Assembly: GCA_964456405.1 (NCBI GenBank)
Contig: CAYVZB010000001.1
Location: forward strand, 24,601-88,600
Length of the DNA stretch: 64,000 nt
Reading direction: 5' to 3'
Origin: an uncultured Candidatus Saccharibacteria bacterium
Lineage (GTDB): Bacteria; Patescibacteriota; Minisyncoccia; Phycocordibacterales; DATGWK01
In this document: positions 9,418 to 18,954 of the stretch, piece by piece
How positions within the stretch are numbered: position 1 is the first letter of the stretch
How the letters are laid out: each line of letters begins with the position of its first letter
Made by a program: the position numbers and the translations under genes
Notes under the pieces: model-generated
Databases searched by the model: none
The model's input: only the letters and a program-made list of their open reading frames with translations
What the model was told of the DNA's origin: nothing

Positions 9418-10401
9418 ATGACAAACCGCAAAATCATGGTCTCTGGCGTGAAGCCGACTGGCCGACTCCATATTGGTAACTACTTTGGAGCAATCAGACA
9501 GTTTGTTGAGTTAAGCAACACACACGAATCATACGTGTTTCTTGCAGATCTTCATGCGCTCAACTCTGTTCAGAACAGAGCAGAAATGGCTGAGAACGTG
9601 CTCAATGCGGCAATTGATTATGTTGCACTTGGCCTCGACCCGCGAAAGGTAACAATTTTCCTCCAGTCACAAGTCAGCGCTCATGCTGAACTCGCATGGA
9701 TCTTCAACACACTTACTACCATGCCGTACCTAATGCGAGCACATGCGTTCAAAGACGCTGAGGCAAAGAACAAAGAAATCAGCGTTGGTGTGTTTGATTA
9801 TCCACTCCTTATGGCAGCAGATATTTTGTTGTATTCACCAGACGTCGTGCCCGTTGGAAATGATCAGAAGCAACACGTAGAAATCGCTCGCGATACAGCC
9901 GAGAAATTCAATAGAACTTTTAATGCAGAAGTATTTAGGCTTCCTCAGCCAGTAATCATCGCCGATGTTGGAACTGTTCCAGGTACTGACGGCCGCAAGA
10001 TGAGCAAGAGTTATGGAAACACTATTGGTATTTTTGCCGAAGATGGTGAAATTCGAGCTGCTGTTATGAAGATTCCTACAGATTCTAAGGGTGTAAACGA
10101 TCCGAAAGATCCAGAAACTGATAATGTCTTTGCTCTCCATAAACTTTTCGCTACTCCAGAAGAACTTGCAGATCTGCGAAACAAATACACAAATGGTGGA
10201 ATTGGATATAAGGACTCAAAAGAACTTTTGGCTTCACGAATTTCTCGATTCGTTACTCCATTTCGTGAAAAACGAAAACTGATTGCTCGAAGGCCACGAA
10301 AGATTGTAAAAATGCTGATTAAAGGTTCAAAGCGAGCAAATAAAATCAGTCAAATGAAAATGGACGAGGTTCGCAAGGCTGTTGGAATCGCTCTCAAATA
10401 A
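9418..10401 (+). CDS. trpS: tryptophan--tRNA ligase
   Basis: 327 aa. The class I HIGH motif appears as TGRLHIGNYFG, the KMSKS motif is present, and the length is typical of bacterial TrpRS. Confidence 0.95.
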   Translation: MTNRKIMVSGVKPTGRLHIGNYFGAIRQFVELSNTHESYVFLADLHALNSVQNRAEMAENVLNAAIDYVALGLDPRKVTIFLQSQVSAHAELAWIFNTLTTMPYLMRAHAFKDAEAKNKEISVGVFDYPLLMAADILLYSPDVVPVGNDQKQHVEIARDTAEKFNRTFNAEVFRLPQPVIIADVGTVPGTDGRKMSKSYGNTIGIFAEDGEIRAAVMKIPTDSKGVNDPKDPETDNVFALHKLFATPEELADLRNKYTNGGIGYKDSKELLASRISRFVTPFREKRKLIARRPRKIVKMLIKGSKRANKISQMKMDEVRKAVGIALK

Positions 10402-10407
10402 CAAAAG

Positions 10408-11127
10408 ATGGGTTTTGAAATTGAACATGAACATTTTAAAGGACCGTTTGAACTCCTGCTTAACCTTATCGAAGAGCGAAAACTTTTAGTTAACGAAATT
10501 TCTCTTTCAAAAGTCACCGATGACTTCATTCAGTATTTGCAACAGCAGGAAAAATTCCCAATGGGGGAAAGTGCTCATTTTATTCTCGTTGCAGCGACAC
10601 TGATTTTAATCAAATCAAAATCACTTCTACCAACACTTGAACTTACCACCGAGGAACAGGGCGACATTAAATCACTCGAGCTGCGGTTGCAGATGTATAA
10701 AAGAATTCGTGAGGCAGGCGCAACAATTCAGGCGCGGTTTGGTAAGCAGATTGCATTTGCCCCTGCCAAGCGAGACTTTATGGAAACGGTTTTTTCTCCC
10801 GGAAAAATTAAAAAAACTAGTATTTCTGAGGCAATACGCCGTGTACTCATGACCTTACCAAAGATCGAAAGTCTGCCAAAGGTTATTGTCCAAAAAGTTA
10901 TTAGTTTGGAGGAAATGATTGGTCGACTCACAACCAGAGTTCAGAATGGTATCAAAATGAATTTCAAGGATTTTGCCGGAAGCAAAGAGGAAAAGGTAAA
11001 CGTGATCGTAGGTTTCCTTGCAATGCTTGAACTTGTAAAAAGGGGACTGATCGAAGTTGAGCAGCAAAATACTTTTTCTGATATTGAAATGCAAACAAGG
11101 GACATTGGTATTCCAAAATATACGTAA
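10408..11127 (+). CDS. scpA: segregation and condensation protein A
   Basis: 239 aa. The N-terminus FKGPFELLLNLIEERKLLVNEISLSKVTDDFIQYL is typical of ScpA, and it is followed by scpB. Confidence 0.85.
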   Translation: MGFEIEHEHFKGPFELLLNLIEERKLLVNEISLSKVTDDFIQYLQQQEKFPMGESAHFILVAATLILIKSKSLLPTLELTTEEQGDIKSLELRLQMYKRIREAGATIQARFGKQIAFAPAKRDFMETVFSPGKIKKTSISEAIRRVLMTLPKIESLPKVIVQKVISLEEMIGRLTTRVQNGIKMNFKDFAGSKEEKVNVIVGFLAMLELVKRGLIEVEQQNTFSDIEMQTRDIGIPKYT

Positions 11128-11145
11128 AGAAATTACAATAAAGAG

Positions 11146-11691
11146 ATGTCGCTCGAATCAAAAATCGAGGCTTTGCTTTTTTGGAAAGGCGAGCCTGTGC
11201 ATATAAAAGATATTGCTAAAATTTTGAAAGTTGATTCAGAGCAGGTTGAGTCTGCCCTAAATGATTTAGAAAAATCTCTTGCAGGACGTGGAATCACATT
11301 GGCTCGAAACGAGGGAGACGTAATGCTCTACACATCACCAGAGGCAAGTGAACTCATCCAAGACCTTACAAAAGAAGAATTGGCACGAGATGTTAGTAAG
11401 GCTGGGGTAGAGGTTCTTTCGTTAATTGTCTACCGTGGCCCAATCTCTAAACGTGATATAGACTATATACGAGGCGTCAATTCGAGCTATATTATCCGGA
11501 ATTTGATGGTACGTGGCCTTATTGAGCGCTCTGAAGGCAAAGATGAACGTAGTTTTGCCTACCAACCAACATTTGAACTTTTAGCCCATTTGGGTGTTTC
11601 AAAAAAAGAGGATTTGGAAGATTTTGCATCAGTTCAAAAGGACTTGGCTGCCTTTATGGAAACGGGTACAGGGCAAGAACAAAATGGATAA
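11146..11691 (+). CDS. scpB: segregation and condensation protein B
   Basis: 181 aa. IEALLFWKGEPVHIKDIAKIL... winged-helix repeats typical of ScpB. Confidence 0.85.
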   Translation: MSLESKIEALLFWKGEPVHIKDIAKILKVDSEQVESALNDLEKSLAGRGITLARNEGDVMLYTSPEASELIQDLTKEELARDVSKAGVEVLSLIVYRGPISKRDIDYIRGVNSSYIIRNLMVRGLIERSEGKDERSFAYQPTFELLAHLGVSKKEDLEDFASVQKDLAAFMETGTGQEQNG

Positions 11692-12643
11692 TTTTGCTAC
11701 TCAACAAAAAAAAGACAAGGTGTTGCTTGCAATCGGGGTTGTGGCTCTGGTTGTTTTCGTGCTTCTCATTTTGCTTATTTATGCTCAGGGACCGTATTCT
11801 CGTACAGACGATATCAGTCAGCCAGTCGTTCACAAATCTTCTGAAAAAATTTCAATTTCAAACGACATTGTTCTTTCTGCTAAGGCTGCAGTGGTTTGGG
11901 ACATGAAAAACAAGAAATTTATTTACGAAAAAAATAAAGACGAGGTATTACCGCTCGCGTCTCTTGCAAAACTCATGACTGCGCTTACCGCAACTGAACT
12001 CCTTCCTAAAAAATCAACAGTCACGATTGCAGGGAAATACCTTGGCGATGACACGAAAGACATCGGTCTTCTGGCAAATGAACATTGGCAGGCCGATGAT
12101 TTGCTTGCACTCACGCTAGTTTCTTCTTCAAACGACGGTGCAAAGGCAATTGCTTCTGTTGCTGGTGCCTTTTTACCAAAGAGCCAGTCTATTGATCCGC
12201 GTGTTGCGTTTCTTCAAAACCTCAATGAAAAGGCAGTAGAAATCGGTCTTGATTCCACCCATTTTTATAATGAAAGTGGTCTTGATGTTGATCTTGTTCA
12301 AAGTGGTGCATATGGCAACGCAAAAGATGTTGCAACACTTATGGATTACATTTTGAAAAATCATCCAGAACTTTTGGCTGCAACAACCAATTCACGAATG
12401 TTTATTTCTTCCGAGGACACCACTCACAATGTAAAAAATACAAATAGCACGGTCGCACAAATACCCGGCGCCTTGGGTTCGAAGACCGGTTATACAGATT
12501 TGGCTCAGGGTAATTTGGTTGTGGCTTTTTCACCAGGACTCGAGGGGCCATACATAGCAGTTGTGCTCGGTTCGACATATGACGGCCGTTTTGAAGACAT
12601 TAATACACTAATTGCTGCTACTCTCGAAGCAACAAACAAGTAG
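11684..12643 (+). CDS. D-alanyl-D-alanine carboxypeptidase (serine-type, PBP5/DacA-like)
   Basis: Start placed at the ATG at 11684, which overlaps the scpB stop by 8 nt. N-terminal TM anchor, SxxK motif (PLASLAKLMT), SSSNDGA (SxN) and KTGYT (KTG) motifs. Confidence 0.85.
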   Translation: MDNFATQQKKDKVLLAIGVVALVVFVLLILLIYAQGPYSRTDDISQPVVHKSSEKISISNDIVLSAKAAVVWDMKNKKFIYEKNKDEVLPLASLAKLMTALTATELLPKKSTVTIAGKYLGDDTKDIGLLANEHWQADDLLALTLVSSSNDGAKAIASVAGAFLPKSQSIDPRVAFLQNLNEKAVEIGLDSTHFYNESGLDVDLVQSGAYGNAKDVATLMDYILKNHPELLAATTNSRMFISSEDTTHNVKNTNSTVAQIPGALGSKTGYTDLAQGNLVVAFSPGLEGPYIAVVLGSTYDGRFEDINTLIAATLEATNK

Positions 12644-12657
12644 CTTATACTATTCCT

Positions 12658-13737
12658 ATGATTATCGACATTGTAAAAGTTGTTGTGCCGTCAGTCTTTG
12701 CATTCTGTATTGGAATTGGTATAACACCGACCCTGACAAACTTCTTGTATGCCCACAAAATGTGGAAGAAAAAAAGTGTTTTGCGATCAATTGACGGTGG
12801 TTCTGCCACAATTTCCGCTTCTCTCCACAACGATGAAAACAAAAAAACTCCGCGCATGGGTGGAATCGTTGTGTGGGCGAGTGCCGCAGTTACTTGTATC
12901 GGCATTTGGCTTCTTGCACGATTCGTTAACGCAGATATTTTTTATAACCTCGACTTTCTTTCACGAAATCAGACCTGGATTCCTTTGCTTACGCTGATCA
13001 TTGGGGGTCTGGTCGGTTTAATCGATGATTATCTGGTCACAAAAGAAGTACCAGATGGCACATATGTCGGGGGTGGCTTGTCACTTTCAAAACGGCTCCT
13101 CGTTGTGGGGACTGTTGGACTGCTTTGCGCCCTATGGTTCTATTTCAAACTCGAAGTCCATTCAATCGGCCTGCCGTTTGGATTGCCAGATTTACAACTT
13201 GGTCTTTTGTTTATCCCGTTTTTTATTCTCGTCATCCTTTCAATTTATGCAGGAGGGGTAATCGACGGCGTAGATGGTCTTTCTGGTGGAGTTTTTGCCA
13301 CAATTTTTGCCGCATATGGAGGTATCGCTTTTTACCAAAACCAGTACGACCTTGCGGCTTTTTGTGCCACAATTTTTGGAGCAATATTGGCTTTTTTGTG
13401 GTTTAACATTCCGCCTGCCCGATACTACATGTCTGATACCGGCACCATGGGACTGACCTTAACTCTCGGAGTAGTGGCTTTTATGACTGACTCGCTTGGG
13501 GGTGGACATGGAGTAATTGTTTTACCGATTATTGGATTTTTACTCGTTGCTACCGTTGCCTCGGTTATCATTCAGGTCGCATCCAAAAAATTCAGAGGTA
13601 AAAAGGTCTTTCTTGTGGCACCAATTCATAATCATTTTCAGGCAATAGGTTGGCCAGCATATAAGGTAACAATGAGATTCTGGGTTATCGGAGTGGTGTG
13701 TGCACTTTTGGGGCTTATCGTTGCATTAGTGGGATAG
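12658..13737 (+). CDS. mraY: phospho-N-acetylmuramoyl-pentapeptide transferase
   Basis: 359 aa polytopic membrane protein with the DGVDGLSGG and HNHFQ motifs characteristic of MraY. Confidence 0.92.
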   Translation: MIIDIVKVVVPSVFAFCIGIGITPTLTNFLYAHKMWKKKSVLRSIDGGSATISASLHNDENKKTPRMGGIVVWASAAVTCIGIWLLARFVNADIFYNLDFLSRNQTWIPLLTLIIGGLVGLIDDYLVTKEVPDGTYVGGGLSLSKRLLVVGTVGLLCALWFYFKLEVHSIGLPFGLPDLQLGLLFIPFFILVILSIYAGGVIDGVDGLSGGVFATIFAAYGGIAFYQNQYDLAAFCATIFGAILAFLWFNIPPARYYMSDTGTMGLTLTLGVVAFMTDSLGGGHGVIVLPIIGFLLVATVASVIIQVASKKFRGKKVFLVAPIHNHFQAIGWPAYKVTMRFWVIGVVCALLGLIVALVG

Positions 13738-13774
13738 GGAAGTGTGTTGGGGCATAGTAGAATAGATCTTTACG

Positions 13775-14887
13775 ATGAGACAAGAAAATCGAGTCGATTG
13801 GTGGTTCCTTGTGTTGGTGATTGTCCTGGCGGCAGTTGGTTTTTTTATTTTCTCTTCTGCATCATTGGGATTATTTGCTCGAGAGGGCGCGCGCTTTTCA
13901 AGTGTTGCCTTTTCACAGATTTTTTTGGGTCTTTTCATGGGTTCGGTTGCATGTGTCATTACTTCGCGTATCAACTATCAATTCTGGCGAAAATACGCTT
14001 TTTATTTTTTCATACTCTCAATAATCGCTACACTTCTGGTTTTTGTACCAGGAATAGGATTTTCCCACGGTGGCGCTGCCCGTTGGATTCTTGTTGGGCC
14101 ACTTTCCCTTCAACCCTCGGAGTTACTCAAAATCGGTTTTCTGATTTACATTGCCGCCTGGATTTCAGGCGTGAAAAAAAATATCGAAACATTTAAATAC
14201 GGCATCCTGCCTTTTTGCCTACTCTGTGGACTCGTTGGTGTGATCTTGCTCGCTCAGCCTGATACAGATACATATGTGATCCTTGCTGGCACAGCACTGG
14301 GTATGTTTGCGATTAGTGGTGGTAAATGGAAGCATATAGCGTCTGTTATCCTGATAGCTCTTATTGCTCTGAGTATTGTGGCATATACACGGCCGTATAT
14401 CCGAGAACGTCTGATGGTTTTCATACACCCAACTCATGATCAGTTGGGATCAAGTTATCAGCTCAATCAGTCGCTTATTGCGATTGGCTCCGGTGGATTT
14501 CTCGGAAGGGGATTCGGTCAGAGTGTTCAGAAGTTTAACTTTCTGCCAGAACCCATTGGTGACTCTATATTTGCAGTCATGGCAGAAGAATTCGGTTTTG
14601 TGGGTGGCGTTGCCCTTATTTTTCTCTACGTTTTCTTTACCTTTAGGGGAATGAGAATTTCAATGAATTCACCGGACACCTTTGGTGGACTGCTCGCGTT
14701 TGGAATTGTTATACTCATTGTGTCCCAGTCTTTCGTGAATATTGGTGCCATGTTGGGCGTCTTACCATTGTCTGGTATTCCACTTTTGTTTGTAAGTCAC
14801 GGTGGTTCAGCGTTGTTTATTACTCTTGCTGAAGTTGGAATCGTTCTCAACATTTCTCGATATCAAAGAAAGCACGAGAAAGTCTAA
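13775..14887 (+). CDS. ftsW: FtsW/RodA/SpoVE family peptidoglycan glycosyltransferase (SEDS)
   Basis: 370 aa multi-TM protein with conserved SEDS blocks (QPSELLKIGFLIYIAAW, IPLLFVSHGGSALF). It lies between mraY and murG. Confidence 0.88.
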   Translation: MRQENRVDWWFLVLVIVLAAVGFFIFSSASLGLFAREGARFSSVAFSQIFLGLFMGSVACVITSRINYQFWRKYAFYFFILSIIATLLVFVPGIGFSHGGAARWILVGPLSLQPSELLKIGFLIYIAAWISGVKKNIETFKYGILPFCLLCGLVGVILLAQPDTDTYVILAGTALGMFAISGGKWKHIASVILIALIALSIVAYTRPYIRERLMVFIHPTHDQLGSSYQLNQSLIAIGSGGFLGRGFGQSVQKFNFLPEPIGDSIFAVMAEEFGFVGGVALIFLYVFFTFRGMRISMNSPDTFGGLLAFGIVILIVSQSFVNIGAMLGVLPLSGIPLLFVSHGGSALFITLAEVGIVLNISRYQRKHEKV

Positions 14888-14896
14888 AAAATATTT

Positions 14897-16024
14897 ATGA
14901 AGATTCTTTTTACAGGTGGCGGGTCGGGTGGGCATTTTTATCCAATTCTTTCAGTAGCGAACGAAGTTCAAAAACTCGCAAAGGAAAATCGACTTTTAGC
15001 ACCAGAATTGTATTACGTATCCGATAGCCCATATAACGAAGGGCTTTTGTACGATAACAACATTGTGTACAGAAAAAATGCTGCGGGTAAGCGCCGTGTG
15101 TATTTTTCAATACGCAACTTTTTCGATATTTTTAAAACCGGATGGGGAATAGTGACTGCGTTCTGGACTGTTTTTAGTATTTATCCCGACGTTGTTTTTA
15201 GTAAGGGCGGATACCCTTCCTTTCCGATCGTTATCGCTGCTCGTTTTTTTAGAATTCCGATTGTTATTCACGAATCTGATAGCGTACCCGGCAGAGCAAA
15301 CACATTTGCAGGCACATTTGCAACCAAAATCGCAGTTTCATTCCAAGAAGCAGCAAAATTCTTTCCGGCAGAAAAAGTGGCGGTTACCGGCAACCCAATT
15401 CGCGAACAAATAATGCAACCGATTACCGACGGGGCCCACGACGCGCTTGGCTTGGACAGTTCAGTTCCAACTATTTTGGTACTTGGAGGTTCGCTTGGGG
15501 CACAAATAATCAACAACATTATCACCGACACTCTTTCCCAACTGATCGAAAATTACCAAGTCATTCATCAGGTTGGTAAAAATAATTACGAAGAAGTAGT
15601 CGAGAGGGTTGACGCGGTGATTTACAAGAGTATGTATCGAAATCGATATAAGCCCTTTGATTATTTAACAGAACTACAGATGCGTCAGGCTGCTGGTGCG
15701 GCTGACATCATCATTTCACGAGCAGGTTCAGCAATTTTTGAGATAGCTTCATGGGGCAAACCATCGATCCTAATTCCGATTACCGTTTCAAATGGCGATC
15801 ACCAGAGAAAAAATGCCTACGCATACGCACGAACAAAGGCAGCGGTTGTGATCGAAGAGGCAAACCTGACATCGAATATTTTAATTTCAGAAATTAACCG
15901 GATTATAAATAGTAGAGAAGAAAAAGAAAAAATGAGCAAGGCCGCAAAGGATTTTTTTAAACCCGATGCAGCACGTATTATCGCCAAAGAACTGCTTGCA
16001 ATTTCACTTCGTCACGAAAAGTAG
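14897..16024 (+). CDS. murG: undecaprenyldiphospho-muramoylpentapeptide beta-N-acetylglucosaminyltransferase
   Basis: 375 aa. MKILFTGGGSGGHFYPIL N-terminal G-loop and GT28 C-terminal domain. Sits in the dcw context after ftsW. Confidence 0.9.
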   Translation: MKILFTGGGSGGHFYPILSVANEVQKLAKENRLLAPELYYVSDSPYNEGLLYDNNIVYRKNAAGKRRVYFSIRNFFDIFKTGWGIVTAFWTVFSIYPDVVFSKGGYPSFPIVIAARFFRIPIVIHESDSVPGRANTFAGTFATKIAVSFQEAAKFFPAEKVAVTGNPIREQIMQPITDGAHDALGLDSSVPTILVLGGSLGAQIINNIITDTLSQLIENYQVIHQVGKNNYEEVVERVDAVIYKSMYRNRYKPFDYLTELQMRQAAGAADIIISRAGSAIFEIASWGKPSILIPITVSNGDHQRKNAYAYARTKAAVVIEEANLTSNILISEINRIINSREEKEKMSKAAKDFFKPDAARIIAKELLAISLRHEK

Positions 16025-16046
16025 TCTGCTAAACTCACCATAAACA

Positions 16047-17429
16047 ATGTCCAAACCACACAACAAAAAAATAATCACTCGATTTCCTCCAAGCCCAACA
16101 GGTTTTATTCAGATGGGTAATGTTCGAACCGCGATTTACAATTACATTTACGCAAAGCAGCACGGCGGTCAGTTTATTTTTCGAATTGAAGACACTGACA
16201 AGGAGCGTTCAAAAAAAGAATATGAGGATATTCTTATCGATAATTTGAAATGGCTTGGTTTACATTGGGATAATGAAAAAATTGTCCATCAGTCCGAACG
16301 GGGAACAGTGTATAACCACTATCTTGAGAAAATGGTGAAGGATGGTTTTGCCTATCTTTCTAAAGAAGACACGGGTGGTGACACCACAAAAAGATCGGAG
16401 GTAATTCGCTTTAAAAATCCCAATAAAAAAGTTACCTTTTCTGACTTGGTTCGTGGAGAAATCACCTTTGACACAACGGAGCTTGGCGATTTTATTATCG
16501 CCCGCAGTATGACAGAGCCGGTATACCATCTCGCAGTCGTAATCGATGATTTTGAAGCTGGGGTAACCCATATAATCCGCGGAGAAGACCACATTTCCAA
16601 TACTCCACGCCAAATCATCATCCAAGAGGCTATCGGTGCACCACGGCCAATATATGCTCATTTACCGCTAATCCTCGACAGCGACCGCGCCAAACTCTCA
16701 AAAAGAAAGCATGGTTTTAAGGTTGCGCTTAAGTTTTATATTGAACAAGGCTATCTTCCATCTGCAGTTATCAACTACATGGCCATGTTGGGCTGGAACC
16801 CTGGCTCTTCAAAAGAACTTTTTACCTTTGAGGAATTGATCAAGGAATTTGATATTACCAAAGTGCAAAAATCTGGCGCAGTCTTTAATGAAGTTAAACT
16901 TCGCTGGGTTAACAAAGAATATTTAAAGAGAAAACCTCATATTGAAATTGCCAATGAGGTCAGAAAATTTATTGATGATTCAGAAAAATTCAAAAAAAAT
17001 AACTGGAAACTTTCTGATGAACTTCTTTTAAAATTGGTTCCAGTTATTCTCGATCGAATTGATGTCTATGCTGATGCGACGGTAATGGCCGATGCCGGTG
17101 ATTTTGATTATCTTTTTGACAGTCCTGAATATGATCCCAAGGATCTGATGTGGCGGGATGAAACTGGCCCAGAACGTACTCGAGAGTTCTTTAAGCACAT
17201 CATAAAAGTCCTTACGGACGCTCCCGATGAGGATCTTGCCGACGGAGAAAAGGTAAAATCTTATCTGTGGAACTATGCGACTGAACAAGGCCGGGGAGCG
17301 GTGCTTTGGCCAATGCGTTTTGCCCTGACCGGTAAGATGAAGTCTCCTGATCCGTTTACTTTGGTAACAATCCTTGGCAAAAAGGAGAGTTTAAAACGAC
17401 TTAAACACGCGTCCGGATTTCTAAAATGA
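16047..17429 (+). CDS. gltX: glutamate--tRNA ligase
   Basis: 460 aa. RFPPSPTGFIQMGNVRTAIYNY carries the HIGH-class motif as GFIQMGNV, with KLSKRK (KMSKS) and a C-terminal anticodon-binding domain. Confidence 0.92.
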   Translation: MSKPHNKKIITRFPPSPTGFIQMGNVRTAIYNYIYAKQHGGQFIFRIEDTDKERSKKEYEDILIDNLKWLGLHWDNEKIVHQSERGTVYNHYLEKMVKDGFAYLSKEDTGGDTTKRSEVIRFKNPNKKVTFSDLVRGEITFDTTELGDFIIARSMTEPVYHLAVVIDDFEAGVTHIIRGEDHISNTPRQIIIQEAIGAPRPIYAHLPLILDSDRAKLSKRKHGFKVALKFYIEQGYLPSAVINYMAMLGWNPGSSKELFTFEELIKEFDITKVQKSGAVFNEVKLRWVNKEYLKRKPHIEIANEVRKFIDDSEKFKKNNWKLSDELLLKLVPVILDRIDVYADATVMADAGDFDYLFDSPEYDPKDLMWRDETGPERTREFFKHIIKVLTDAPDEDLADGEKVKSYLWNYATEQGRGAVLWPMRFALTGKMKSPDPFTLVTILGKKESLKRLKHASGFLK

Positions 17430-18721
17430 TACGAAAAATCCTACTCAATATAATTTCTTTGTGCTTGATAGTGTCTGTAATCTCACCTCACATTGTTCAA
17501 GTTCACGCTGCTGATGAGGATCAAATCAATATCCTGAAACAGAACATTGCAGAGAAAAACGCCCAGATCGAAAAGCTCAACAACGAAATTAGAGCTTTGG
17601 ATTCTCAGGTCCAAACTACCGCTGCGCAGGGCCAGTCGTTAAAAACTGCTCTGGCAACTCTTGAAGCGTCACGAAACAAACTTCTCAAAGAAATTCAAGC
17701 AATACAAAGCAAGGTTTCTGCTACAACATTAAACATCAACAAACTTGGTCTTGAAATCAAAAATAAAGAACAAGAAATTATCACCAATAAAGAAGCACTT
17801 GCAGAAACAATACGAGAACTGAGTCAGGCAGAAGATTCGCCGTTGATTGAAAACTTGTTGGTTTACGACACCATGGCGGATATTTGGAATGAAATTGAAG
17901 CACTGACTCGTTTTCAAAAAGGAGTGAGACAAAAAATAATTCAAACGAAAGAATTAAAGGACGAACTTGCGGAAAAGAAAAATGAAACTGAGGGCCAGAA
18001 AAAAACCCTTGTCAGTTTTCAAGCTGAACTTACTGACCAACAAAAAATTGTTGAGCAGAATAAAACTGAAAAGGCTCGACTCCTAACCGCCACTCAGAAT
18101 CAAGAAGCGGAATATCGAAAACAAATCGCAGAGAAAAAAGCCATTGCAGAAGCCTTTGTACAAGAAATTCTTAGTTACGAGAGCCAACTCCAACTCATCA
18201 TTGATCCGGGAAGTTATCCCGAGGCTGGTAATGCTGTATTAGCTTGGCCACTTAAAAATGTGATTTTGACTCAGTATTTTGGTGATACAGCCTTTGCAAA
18301 ATCTGGTGCATACAATGGCAAAGGACACAACGGTATTGACCTCGGAGCTTCTCCAGGAACACCGGTTATGTCATCACTAAGCGGTACAGTTACGGGTACA
18401 GGCAATACTGACTTAGTTGCTGGCTGTTATTCATACGGAAAATGGGTTTTAATTGCACACGATAATGGACTTTCAACTCTGTATGCTCATTTAAGTTTGA
18501 TTAAAGTTGAAAAGGGCCAAAGAGTTTCTACCGGAGAGGTTATTGGCTACAGTGGAAACACTGGTTACACCACTGGTCCACACCTTCACTTTGGCGTGTA
18601 CGCATCTCAAGGTGTTAAGATAGTTCAATATACGAATAGTATAAATTGTAAAAATGCCGTGATCCCAGTTGCGGATTTACGGGCGTATCTTAATCCAATT
18701 CAATATTTACCAAAACTATAA
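17426..18721 (+). CDS. M23-family metallopeptidase with an N-terminal coiled coil (EnvC-like murein hydrolase or activator)
   Basis: 431 aa. Signal/TM, then ~250 aa of heptad-rich Q/E/K sequence, then the M23 motifs HNGIDLGA and HLHFGVY. Its start overlaps the gltX stop (ATGA). Confidence 0.85.
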   Translation: MIRKILLNIISLCLIVSVISPHIVQVHAADEDQINILKQNIAEKNAQIEKLNNEIRALDSQVQTTAAQGQSLKTALATLEASRNKLLKEIQAIQSKVSATTLNINKLGLEIKNKEQEIITNKEALAETIRELSQAEDSPLIENLLVYDTMADIWNEIEALTRFQKGVRQKIIQTKELKDELAEKKNETEGQKKTLVSFQAELTDQQKIVEQNKTEKARLLTATQNQEAEYRKQIAEKKAIAEAFVQEILSYESQLQLIIDPGSYPEAGNAVLAWPLKNVILTQYFGDTAFAKSGAYNGKGHNGIDLGASPGTPVMSSLSGTVTGTGNTDLVAGCYSYGKWVLIAHDNGLSTLYAHLSLIKVEKGQRVSTGEVIGYSGNTGYTTGPHLHFGVYASQGVKIVQYTNSINCKNAVIPVADLRAYLNPIQYLPKL

Positions 18722-18915
18722 TGAACAAAGGATTTATAAAATATATTGTCATAATCATTGCAGCAATTATTCTTCTGAAATTTTGGCTGCACATAGACGT
18801 TATTGCTTGGCTTAACAAACCAGAGGTCAAAGACTGGATCACTGGTTCCTGGAAGACGTATGTTCAACCAACCCTTGTCGCATTGATAAAGTACATTCGT
18901 GAGATTGTGACATAG
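18721..18915 (+). CDS. small membrane protein (64 aa), start overlapping the M23 gene stop (TAATG)
   Basis: Single strongly hydrophobic segment (YIVIIIAAIILLKFWL). Translational-coupling geometry with the upstream gene. Confidence 0.4.
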   Translation: MNKGFIKYIVIIIAAIILLKFWLHIDVIAWLNKPEVKDWITGSWKTYVQPTLVALIKYIREIVT

Positions 18916-18954
18916 AAAGCAATCTACTCTGCTATAATTTGAAAATAAACTGCA

